Below, piece after piece: positions 1-10,020 of a stretch of 13,289 nt of DNA. The translations under genes were made by a program, and so were the position numbers. Within the stretch, counting starts at the first letter, position 1; every line of letters begins with the position of its first letter. Source of the stretch: Azolla caroliniana (taxonomy: Eukaryota; Plantae; Polypodiophyta). The stretch lies in contig JBHGNT010000968.1 in NCBI GenBank assembly GCA_043228905.1, forward strand, positions 1 through 13,289, given 5' to 3'. The notes beneath the pieces were generated by a model, which worked only from the letters and a program-made list of their open reading frames with translations, did no database searches and had not been told where the DNA came from.

Positions 1-948
1 GTTGGATCGTTCAAACCTTCGACAATGAGAACCGGAAACCAGTACATTATTGTTGCAACAGATTGCTGCACGAAGTGGGTGGAAGCTAAAGCACCTAAAG
101 ACAATTCCGCGGCCTCCATAGGTAAATTTTTATATGAATACATTTGGTGCAGATACAGTTGTCTGATAGAGCTCATCAGTGATTAGTGTGGACATTTCCT
201 CGAACAAGTAGTAGAAAGCTTGACAACATTCTATGCGGTGGTACATAAAAGAAGTACGCCTTATTACCCACAGGCCAACAGATTAGTGGAATCCACCAAC
301 AAGACACTCCAGAACATTCATTGGAAAATTGTCAACGAAAACCGGACCAACTGGGATACGAAATTACAAAGCGCGCTATGGGCATATAGGACGGCATATA
401 AGACAAGTATCCGGACGACACCGTTCTGGTTACTGTTTGGATTGGAAGTAGTGATGCCAATGTAATTTCAAATTCCTAGCTTATGGATACAGGTTCGGGA
501 ATGGTTGAGCGAGAAGGAATCGGAAAAGATACAGCTTGCAACTTTTTGAGAATTAGAAGAGCATCGGATAACAAGTGGACTACAGTTGCAACTGGAGCAA
601 AGACGACGTAAAGCTTTGGTTAACCGGCATAGAAGGGGAAATGAAAAACAATTCAGAATCGGCAAGGCAGTATTAGTGTTCCAGACCCCGATGGGCACAA
701 TGCCGAGAAAGCTACGGTTCCGGTGGACCGAACCATATTGGATAACGAGGGAGTTTAAGGGGTCGTATCAACTGGGCACGTTAGCCGGTGAAGTCCTAGA
801 GAAGTGGGTTAATGGATTCTGGCTAAACCCTTACAACAGACAGATACCACGAAACCCATTCGAGCAACCAGAAGGCGGAACCGAAACCGGTAGAGGAAAC
901 CAGGTACCGGTATCGGATCCGGCATCGCCGGATACTATAGAGGAATAA
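1..948 (+). pseudogene. Gypsy pol C-terminus: integrase core and GPY/F region, degenerate
   Basis: Frame +1 throughout: YIIVATDCCTKWVEAKA...LISD*CGHF...STPYYPQANRLVESTNKTL...ALWAYRTAYKTSIRTTPFWLLFG...KLRFRWTEPYWI...VNGFWLNPY. In-frame stops at 184, 463 and 547; terminal TAA 946-948. No chromodomain follows. Confidence 0.92.
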
Positions 949-1215
949 TAGCACTCATCCATAAATAAAAAGGAAAACAAAAGAGAGTGGTTTATTAAAA
1001 AATGAATGGACACAATGAAATGATGTGACGTCAACTATTTAAAGCGGACCACGCGGCGTACAACTCCTACTATAATACATGATGTGCATGCGTGGGAATC
1101 AAGAAAAGGCAGCGGACCAGAATGGGGACACAAAACAACCGAATAGTAGAGACACTCTCATTTCCCGAAAACAGAGCATTTAGAGAGTAGAGGCGTTTAC
1201 AAGTTTTCAGAAGAC

Positions 1216-4032
1216 ATGAGCCCAATGGCTCTATCCGATGTGGCGAAAGATTGGCTTATTAGAAAAGGATTGGGGGGATTCCTCTGGATATCAGTGGCGC
1301 CACCACATGAAGAACCGGATAAGGCAACATTACAAATCGACGTCGAGGAGATCACAGAGGGCATGGTGCAGGCCCTTACCAACCTACTGGTAGGAGGCCT
1401 CTACCCCATTGAGAACCCCTCCACTGAGACACTAACAGAGTACTTTGGCGTGTATTCCATAGGCAGCAAAGCATACCACACACAAGGTGGAGAGGACCCA
1501 CTGTTTCGGGAGGTAGCACGGGTGTTCATCAGATACGGATTTGTGCATCCTTGCCCACTGGCTATGCCTAAAAACAGAGCCGGTTTTATTATCGCAACGT
1601 ATGAAGGCATCTAGGTGGACTGGCCGACTATAGTGGCAGATTCCTTACGGGCTGCCATTCAATTGGTTGTGGAGGGGAAGAAGGCGTGGACTGCAATAAC
1701 GCAATGGCTCACCCTGTTGGTACCCCATCCACCGGCCATTCAAGCAAAGAAGTAGGGTTGATCGGCTGATGGAATGCCAAACAAGCTATCCAAGAGGCAA
1801 CAACTCCTGGCCAAGCACACCCCCGGTTGGACAGAGGGGGGCTTCTAGCAAAAGGAAACGAAGCAGTTGAGCCGGAAGAAGCCGGTGGAAAAAGTGGTGC
1901 CGATGGAAAAGCCAACCAAGGCCATAAAAAACACAGTGCATCAACAGGACAAGGAATCGGACGATCTGGTCCGAAGGGTGCACTACGAAACCATGGAGGA
2001 AGAGGCCGAAGAAAAACCAACTGAAACCCTCCAACGTCAGCCAAGGAAACACGTCACAAAGCAGTAGGGGGAAGGAGTGGGCCCAAGGCGGGAAAACACC
2101 CTGACGACCAACTCAATGGTGGTAGAATCCTGGATGGAGGCAGAACCGGAATTAAGGCCAGATGCAGTGACAACAGCTCAACATGAACCAATTATAGAGA
2201 ATCGGACCTCACCGCGCCTTCAAGAACAATAGCACGAGGAACGTCGTCTGGAGCAGACATTGACGCCACTAACCCAATGGTTTAGAACAGAGCACGAACC
2301 AAGACTAGCATAGACAACCATTCGTTATTCCAACACAACACGGAACCTGCCGCCAATGGTTGAGATGGCCAGGCGAGCAGGTGTCGGGGGTTGTGAACTA
2401 GATGGAGCAAGAAGAAAGGATGCAATTGGACCGGTTGCTAGCCACGACTGAAGAAGTAAAACATGCTCGAAGATGGATCCGAAGCTTAGAGGAAGAGTTG
2501 GAGAAGGCCAAGGAACAGGTGGCCAATATGGCCCCGATAGGGCCAAATACAACCCCAGAGCCGGTGGCACCTACTAAAGCAGTTGAAGAACTGGTGGGCG
2601 GCACAACACCGATAAATAATAATGAGCATGAACAAGAAATAACCACCTTGAAAGAGGAATTGGTGGCTCAAGAGGCCCTATGAGGCAAAGAAAGGGAGCA
2701 AAAGACGACAGCCGAGGAGGAGAAGCGGAGGATTGAAGAAACCCTCCGGAAAAGTCAAGGCTAACAACGACTGGCTAAAAGAAGAAAGAGAAAAACTGCT
2801 GCAAGAAAAGGAGAAACTCCGGCGTAGTGCAGAAACGAAAATCGAATGAATCAAGGAAGAGCTCCAACAACAAAAGAAGAGGGAGGACTGCACATGTGGG
2901 CAAATCAACTCGAAGTTAAAGCAAAGAAAAAAAGATTTTGGGAAGCTACACCGGGATCACAAACAACTTGACGCGGAGCATAAGAAGTTAATCGCAGAGT
3001 GTGACCAACAACAAGAGAAGATCATGGAACTCCGGCCAGATCTAGGAAAGAAAACAGATACGTTGGCAGAGGAACGGACAAAGGCGGTTGAATCGGCGAA
3101 GCTGCTAGAGTAAGCAACCAGAGAAAGGACGATGCTCACCTGGCAACATTACGAGGAGGTTGAACGAGCAAAAGTGGCTCTGGATAGGGTTCAAACGGCT
3201 TATTAGACCCAGTTGCTTGAATATGGGGAGTAGGCCCGGGCTACCACTGCATTGATTAAGAAGTTGATAGAGGAGAAGCAGAGGGCGAAAGATATCACGA
3301 AGCTGGGAGTACGCAAGATTCGAGCAATCTTGGCGGCATGGAAAGAAAGAACGAACAGGAATATTGACAACAACTCAATGGAATGGTGGACTCACTGGTT
3401 GCGGCAACCGGCAAAATTGCAAGTCCTTCGAGCGGACGCCGAAAACCGGAAAAAGGTCGGCGACAACTTTTACAAAATGGACAAGGAAAGTATCCTCACT
3501 ATCCGGGAGGAGTTGTCGGATGACTTCATGTCCTTAGCAGGAGCTCATCTCAGTGCGGTCTGGTAGTTGATCGAGAGACTGGATGACGATCACCTCGGCA
3601 CACAACTCCAGTTCGAGTGATTCGAACGAGAGCGACGACGGCGTGACGTGCTCATCTCAGTGCGGTCTTGTAGTTGATCGAGAGACTGGATGACGATCAC
3701 CTCGACACACAACTCCAATTCGAATGATTTGAACGAGAGCGACGACGGCGTGAGGTGGAACAAATGATGACGGTGATCAACATTAGTGATGAAGTAAAAT
3801 CTACGGATCAGCCACCAAATGAAACCGGATCCGGACGCAAAGATTGAAACAACCAACAGGAGCCGGACGGGAGCAACCGGAAGGAGCTAGAGAGGTGTCG
3901 AGAACGGATGCAACCGTGGGCTTTGGAAACGGGAATGAGTAACCGCAGCAGCAGCCAGAGCAGGAGTAGCAAAGCGAGGAACCCCTCGAACCCCTGGACC
4001 AAACTATTCTGTACATACTTGATGAAGAGTAG
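1216..4032 (+). pseudogene. Degenerate extra ORF downstream of pol: globular N-terminus, low-complexity linker, long E/K/Q/R-rich coiled coil
   Basis: ORF fragments 1216-1614, 1867-2067, 2402-2683 and 3252-3566 join through TAG/TAA/TGA codons and a few frameshifts (e.g. ATYEGI*VDWPTIVADSLRAAI; EKLLQEKEKLRRSAETKIE*IKEELQQQKK). The 3' end (…QTILYILDEE** at 4030-4035) is approximate. Confidence 0.7.
3543..3756 (+). repeat. Tandem duplication, 107-bp unit x2
   Basis: 3543-3649 and 3650-3756 both start gctcatctcagtgcggtc and end gacggcgtga(c/g)gt; 6 mismatches by manual comparison. Confidence 0.95.
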
Positions 4033-4113
4033 TAGAGATAACCCTTGAGTTCAACGTACAATGTACTGTCCCACAGGCATGCCATGTGTTGGCCGTTGGT
4101 GGCCAAAGTATAT

Positions 4114-4126
4114 GATAGGGAAGGGA
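4114..4126 (+). other. Polypurine tract of the Gypsy element
   Basis: gatagggaaggga directly precedes TG at 4127. Confidence 0.7.
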
Positions 4127-4556
4127 TGAGCCAAATTTCGGATATGATAATAATAATATTAATAGCTAAGAATTATTATCAGAATGGACGGATCCGGGAT
4201 AGGTATGCCGATCCGGATTCGGACCGGTTTGTAGCCGGTGGCCAGTCAAGCACCGTTTTGTAGCACAGAACCGGATGCCTATAAAAGGATCCAGGTGTCG
4301 ATGTATTAAGGGGACGGAATATTAATATAGGAGAGTTTTGTTATTGTTATCCAGTTCATCTTTATGTTTATATTTCGTTCTGCGCTCAATGTATGGATCG
4401 TAGGCGTGTAATCTATGTGTGTTGTGATTCCGGACACAGGACTAGAAGATAACCGGTCATAGTTGTTAGTGTTGAATCCCTTACCGTAACCACCCTTTGG
4501 TGAAGTGATCCGAAAGAACACCTTGTGTTCGAGGCAAGTCCGGCCTAGGAGGAACA
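4127..4556 (+). repeat. 3' LTR of the Gypsy element (430 bp)
   Basis: Starts TGAGCC after the PPT, contains TATAAAA at 4280-4286, and ends GGAACA at 4556 where Copia integrase sequence resumes. Predicted TSD is aaatt (4557-4561); the partner LTR is outside the window. Confidence 0.78.
4280..4286 (+). promoter_or_regulatory. Putative LTR TATA box
   Basis: gccTATAAAAgg within the Gypsy LTR, downstream of a CCGG-rich stretch. Confidence 0.6.
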
Positions 4557-4954
4557 AAATTCTATTTGTGCCCGAAATATATCTCACAGTCTGACACCTT
4601 ATCCCGGATCCGGTTTTGGATGTAAACGGCCGTTCAGACTACTTCGGCCCAGTAGAACTTGGGCATGCTCTTCTCTTCCAACATTGCCTGTGCCGCCTCC
4701 AAGGTTGACCGGTTCTTCATTTCGGCCATACCATTTTGTTTCGGTGTGTATCTGCAACTGAATTCCCTTCGAATTCCTTTCTGCTACAAATAATTGTTGA
4801 ACTAGCCGGAGAAGTATTCTTTTCCGACATTCGACCGCAGGCACTTGATCTTTCTCTTCGTTTCCCATTCAACAAGGCTTTCTAGGTTCCAGAAATAGTC
4901 GAAGCCTTCGCTTTTCTTCTCAATGAGATAGATCCACATGTGCCGGCTATAGTC
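4557..4954 (-). pseudogene. Copia integrase core fragment
   Basis: DYSRHMWIYLIEKKSE...KIKCLRSNVGKEYFSG*FNNYL*QKGIRREFSCRYTPKQNGMAEMKNRSTLEAAQAMLEEKSMPKFYWAEVV*TAVYIQNR, matching Copia TPQQNG/AER and WAEAV motifs. Confidence 0.92.
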
Positions 4955-5496
4955 GCACCCGCATGATTCTCCTCTACAAGGAGCATCGACTACAAGTCGA
5001 AAAACGACGATGTATTCTCCCTTGTACAAATAGCAGTTCGGAATGCCCCGAACTTCGATGCCAATTCTCCGAGCCAGATCTGCACCATTTCGCCCTCCTC
5101 AACGTTCACATCGATGGAGGCGAGGGAGTTGCAGATATCCTTTATCTTAGAGGTGTAGGCAGCCACCGTCATGTCGCGTTGACGCACATTGCTCAACTCC
5201 TCTCGGTGGAGCTTCCTGGTTGTGGTGCTTGCGGCGAAAATCTTTTTCAGATTTCCCCAAGCATCCTTTGGTGTTCTTGCATCCCGAATGTATCTCAAAA
5301 GTTGTTCGCTCACACAGGACTCGAGGCAGTAGAGAACTCTGCTCGCCGATTGGTCCTAGGCTGGGAAGTCTCTATGTGTTGATTCAGGTGCTGCATCATT
5401 CGCTCCATCGACATAGCTCCAGTATCTATGGCTGAGCAGGTACTAGTGCATCTTGTACGACCAAGATGCATAGCTACTTCTGTCGAGCTTCTCAGT
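4955..5496 (-). pseudogene. Copia gag fragment (start codon lost)
   Basis: TEKLDRSSYASWSYKMH*YLLSHRYWSYVDG...YIRDARTPKDAWGNLKKIFAASTTTRKL...DMTVAAYTSKIKDICNSLASIDVNVEEGEMVQIWLGELASKFGAFRTAICTRE...FFDL*SMLLVEENH, a typical Copia gag. Confidence 0.9.
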
Positions 5497-5574
5497 TTTC
5501 GTTCTTCACCGAGATTAGGGTTTTTTTGTTGTTGTTTCGAGCTTAAGTCGGCTGCAGAGGTTCTCAACCCTTGC

Positions 5575-5586
5575 ACTTTGATACCA
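5575..5586 (-). other. Primer binding site, tRNA-iMet type (Copia A)
   Basis: The minus strand reads TGGTATCAAAGT immediately after the LTR-terminal CA; the canonical site is TGGTATCAGAGC. Confidence 0.85.
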
Positions 5587-6026
5587 TGTGAAATGTTACG
5601 TGCGGAAGCTATACGAAACACAGAATACCGACAGAGAAAAACAGGTTTAATGGAGAGCTTAAGAGACAATGTACGCGGGAGAGACAGAGAGGGAATTAAC
5701 ACACAGAAAAAACTAAATTCAAAATAATGTGTAAAACTCTGTACATAGGATGTGCTCAGAGAGCACTTTTATACAAGTCCATACGGACTAATAGAAGTAC
5801 TGACACGTACTTCAATGCTCATAACTGAGCTCCTACACTAACTCCCAAATATATTCCCTCATGGAATATCTGTTCAACGGCTGGTTTCCGCACCGGTCCA
5901 GCCTCTTGTTGCACACCGGTTTGCGCACCAGTTTACGCACCGATCCGGCCAAACCGATCGGCCCAAACCGATCCGGTTCTCGGCTTGAACAACCGATTCG
6001 GCCAATGTTGAGCTTGTATCTCAACA
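5587..6026 (-). repeat. 5' LTR of Copia A (440 bp)
   Basis: Minus strand TGTTGAG...TTCACA; TATA at 5767-5773 (-); shares blocks with 11087-11509 (tttatacaagtcc, gtacttcaatgctcata, gttgagcttgt..ctcaaca). Confidence 0.85.
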
Positions 6027-6249
6027 CCGGGGGCTTCATTGTCAAAACTTGTATGATAGCACGTGAGTTCATAAAAAAAGGGTTTAAATTAATCATTGAG
6101 ATACAAAATGTATGTATATAACGGTATTAATAAAAATTTGAAAATATTTTTACATAAGGGTATCAATTATGTTGGAATTTGTTTTATATATTAGATATTT
6201 CAATGAAATAGTAAATAATATATTATGCAGCAAACAATACTCAATTTTG

Positions 6250-6281
6250 GGGTAGCATATATACATACATTCTTTCATACA

Positions 6282-6328
<47 letters not shown>

Positions 6329-7241
6329 GCATACATGCATATATACCTACATTCAAACATACATTCATGGATATGTATATACATACATTACACCTATTTA
6401 TACATGCATACTTACTAAACATAAATATATGTACAAATATGTATTACCATATGTAAATATATACATACAAATACACAAATACATTACATACTACATTCAT
6501 ATTAGAATGAACTATATATATTGACATACATATATGCATAATACATACATAAAATTACATATTACATATATACATATGTACACATTCTTCCAAACATATT
6601 TTATATATTACATATTACACACACACTCACACACACACACACACACACATATTATTGTGCACATAGTTACATACAAATGCATATATACATACCAAACACA
6701 CAAAAAAACATATTTGTGTGTTTGGTATGTATATATGCATTTGTATGTAACTATGTGCACAATAATATGTGTGTGTGTGTGTGTGAACACAATATGTACA
6801 TACATACACAAACAAACAAACAAACAAACAAACAAACATCACACATGCATACCACATACATGCATATATACCTACATACATACATATACATGCATCCATG
6901 TATATATGCCTACATTCAAATGTTACATACATAAAAATTACATATTACATATATGATATATACAAATGTACACATTTGTAGAAACATATTTAATATATTA
7001 CATATTACACACAATTATATACAAATGCATATATACATACCAAACACAAATAATAAATAAATACACATAAACACATAAATAATTTAGATATTACATATCA
7101 TATAATTCATACCTATTACACAATATACAAATTTACATGCACATACATACATAAATTACATATGTAGATACATATTCCACATATCACAATATTTCTAGAT
7201 TAAACAGAACCATACAAACCACAATGCTTACATGTACATAT

Positions 7242-7272
<31 letters not shown>

Positions 7273-7403
7273 TTAGGTATATGTATACTAACACATACAT
7301 CGGATATATACATGCATATTATGTACATATTAGAAACATATCCATACACACTGAATCATGTATATTCACATATACATATATGCATACACATACATACATA
7401 TTC
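6250..7403. repeat. Low-complexity (CATA)n/(CA)n/(TA)n/(ACAA)n block
   Basis: (CATA)n ~6277-6310, (TA)n ~6310-6328, (CA)n ~6617-6649 and ~7245-7272, (ACAA)n ~6807-6837; the + strand is nearly G-free. Confidence 0.9.
6632..6785. repeat. Perfect inverted repeat, 73-bp arms, 8-nt loop
   Basis: 6632-6704 is the reverse complement of 6713-6785; loop aaaacata. Confidence 0.95.
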
Positions 7404-7910
7404 TGTAGTTCAAATCGTTGTTGGCCACAACCGGTTGTACGTGTGCGGAATAATAGTCAATCTAATGGAAAGGGAAAATAGAATATAGAAACTGAGAATG
7501 ACACGGATTTTAATGTGGAAACCCGAACTAGGAAAAACCATGTGGAGTCCACAAACTCCGAAACAGAACACTATGAGAGAAAGGAATACAATCAGAGATC
7601 TCAGAGATCCTGCTTCGCCAACAAGCGGGTATGGAGCTCACACGCTTTCACTCACACTCGTTTTCACTCACGGTTACAGAGGCAATGACCTCATCAACAG
7701 TAACTTTACTATGACACACTTTTCTAACATAATTGCCCTAAGTAAACTTTCGACTATTTACAAGTTTAGCCCACAGGGGCATATTCAGCCTATTTACAAA
7801 CTTAGCCTTCCGTGTTGGCTATCTCCACGGTTTCCGGTTTCAGCCTCGACCGAGTTGCTCATCAACACGGTTCTTCTCACTTCCCATCCGGAGGGACCTG
7901 TTTCCTAACA
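7404..7910 (-). mobile_element. Solo LTR (507 bp), probably Copia-type, with 5-bp TSD TATTC
   Basis: TGTAG...TAACA flanked by tattc at 7399-7403 and 7911-7915. Complex sequence inside low-complexity DNA. Orientation is inferred from the gattttaatgtggaaaccc...aaaaaccatg motif typical of reversed plant Copia LTRs. Confidence 0.88.
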
Positions 7911-8398
7911 TATTCCACATATCACCATATATATATACATACATATGCCTACAATGTTATAAGTTTTACAATTTAACATACATCTATACATCATTACATA
8001 CATGCATACACATAAATACCTACACATTCATACATACATTACATATCTACATACATATCATCACAAACTACAATCGTGAAACATATATACATACACATAC
8101 ATACATAATATGAACAAACATCCACACACTCATGTACGCATATATGCATACACATAGAAACATACATACATTACATAGGCATACACATATGTACATTCGT
8201 ATATGGACATACATATAGATTCATTTATACATTGCCACATATACATACACATGCATATATTAGATATATACATAAATATCATGCACATATTACAATCACA
8301 TGCCATACATACAACATATGCAATGGAATACAATATATACATACATACATATATACACATGCAATACAATACATACATACATATGCACATATATAGAA
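7911..8398. repeat. Low-complexity CATA/AT-rich block
   Basis: Continuation of the same degenerate microsatellite sequence after the solo LTR. Confidence 0.85.
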
Positions 8399-8489
8399 GG
8401 GAAAAGTAGCAAGATACCCCTGGAAGTTCGTCTATTTACCAGAATGCCCCTGGAAGTTCCAAATTTACCAAACTAACCCTGGAAGTTCC
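8399..8489 (+). repeat. MULE-TIR-like array: 3 x CCCTGGAAGTTC, 29-30-bp period
   Basis: GGGAAAAG start at 8399; motif at 8418, 8448 and 8477 with tttacca spacers. Resembles plant Mutator-type TIR architecture; no clear partner arm. Confidence 0.55.
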
Positions 8490-9540
8490 TGTTACTATAT
8501 CTGCCTCGAAGAGCTCATTATCCTCCATGTCATCAATGCCGGACGCTCGAATTAACCAAAATTACTTCCTTATAGTTTCTGAGGAAACTCCAACATTCCA
8601 AGAGGTATTCAGAGCCATGACACTCAAAATGTATGCATTTTGACATACAAAATTCAGAACTCTAATCCACAAAAATTTACACCCTTTAAGATAATGAAGC
8701 CCTTATGGATTCCTCCGGCCGAACATCCTTTCTTTGCGTAAAATGGATGAAAAATTAAGATGAAGTTACTCTCAACAACGTTAAATCATAGATAGGTTTG
8801 GTCTTGACAAATGAGAAGATAAGTAGAACACTTTGTGGAAATTCATATAGCCAATTCACGACAAATAAAACCAAAATAGAGTTCAATTATGAACACACAA
8901 TTGACATGCCTATTGTAACAATACCACACTTGCCACAAATTCTCACTAACCATGTATCTAAGAAATCCAAAAATATGACATTTACCTCAACTATGGAAAG
9001 TAGCACTGCAACCATCATGTTGAACATGACTTGCATAAAATGTCGGAGCACCCCATTGAAGAGTATAAGGAATGTGAACCCTAGAAAATCAAAATTAATA
9101 TAATTTCACAATTTTGACAATCTTGATGTTCCGTTTCAATATCAGCTTAGATACATTTAACCTGTAGTACATAACAAGGAAGTACTAATAGAGAATCGGT
9201 AGAGGAACAATGATCTTATATCACCAAAAAATGTCTATCTAGTATTTATCCATGAGTAACACATCATTCACAAGTGTTATTCACCGTTGTGTTACATTAT
9301 GCACTTACATGTTCTTCCTCGCCTAAAACAGATAACGGTGAGAAATATATGCATGTAGCACTAATATTCGTTAAGTTTCAAATGGTCTCTATCTAATTAC
9401 CCACACTTCAAAAATGATGTTATATTGTGCGATGAACAATAGAAACAATCAAGATGGTTCAAATTTGCAAAACGATTGTAAGTAAACGATGCCAATAGTG
9501 ATGACTTTTGGCATCACTGCCAACCTATTTTGTTGTAGTG

Positions 9541-9575
9541 ACATGTATAGAACACATATGCACACACATATATAG

Positions 9576-9617
<42 letters not shown>

Positions 9618-9835
9618 ACACATAGATACATACACATGCCATATATATAACGTATACAAAACATGCACTACAATGCAATACATGCATACATAAATATGAA
9701 ATACAATACAATGCAATACATGCATACATAAATATGAAATACAATACAATACAATACAATACATATATGCATACATATGCAATACAATTCAGACAATAAA
9801 ATACATATATACACACATATATAAAACATACATGT
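9541..9835. repeat. Low-complexity block with (AC)n, a perfect 38-bp tandem duplication and (TACAA)n
   Basis: (AC)n ~9577-9612; 9669-9706 is identical to 9707-9744 (tacaatgcaatacatgcatacataaatatgaaatacaa). Confidence 0.9.
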
Positions 9836-10020
9836 GTTTTCTATGTAAGGGCTTTTAAAATGAGTTGTCCAAATATATATTGGCACTAAGCGGTATTTTT
9901 ATTAACTATTTGTTTACAAAAGGGTCTCTCAAACAGTAAAAATCATATGTATATGGGGTTTATAAAAGATGTCGTGAACGCATGTGATACAACCTCTTTA
10001 TATATAGTGGAACCCCCGGG

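Larger units (their letters stand above)
1..4556 (+). mobile_element. Ty3/Gypsy LTR retrotransposon, non-chromovirus type (Athila/Tat/Phygy-like), 3' portion
   Basis: Integrase relic 1-948, long degenerate extra ORF, polypurine tract 4114-4126 and TG...CA LTR 4127-4556, in the correct order. The end at 4556 coincides with the point where a minus-strand Copia integrase frame is cut. Confidence 0.88.
4557..6026 (-). mobile_element. Ty1/Copia element A, internally deleted, interrupted by the Gypsy insertion
   Basis: On the minus strand: LTR 6026-5587, PBS TGGTATCAAAG, gag relic, then integrase core relic. Confidence 0.9.
6027..10020. mobile_element. Candidate non-autonomous TIR DNA element (~4 kb) with CCCGGGGG termini
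   Basis: The left end ccgggggcttcattgt matches the reverse complement of the right end ccgggggttccactat (12/16). A second block matches at the same offset of 33 nt (cacgtgagttca vs cacatgcgttca). Both ends abut Copia junctions. No TSD or transposase is visible. Confidence 0.45.

Noticed and set aside
4087-4126. Alternative Gypsy LTR start at tgttggcc (matching the AACA end)
   Set aside because: No purine tract precedes it, whereas TG at 4127 directly follows one; the partner LTR is needed to settle this.
6150-7481. Many H/T/Y/I- or C/V/M-rich ORFs, including near-identical peptides on both strands
   Set aside because: These are translations of microsatellites and of the 6632-6785 palindrome, not genes.
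7498-7908. 136-aa ORF
   Set aside because: Lies wholly within the solo LTR; no recognisable motifs.
8418-8488. Regularly spaced 12-bp repeats resembling a mini CRISPR array
   Set aside because: Repeat and spacers are too short, spacers share tttacca, there are no cas genes, and the context is eukaryotic transposons.
9845-9930. Possible right-hand partner of the MULE-like array (aagggc/aagcggt/aagggt)
   Set aside because: Similarity to the reverse complement of 8399-8489 is too weak to support.
6027-10020. Helitron interpretation of the 4-kb segment
   Set aside because: No 5'-TC start or 3' hairpin plus CTRR end at the boundaries.
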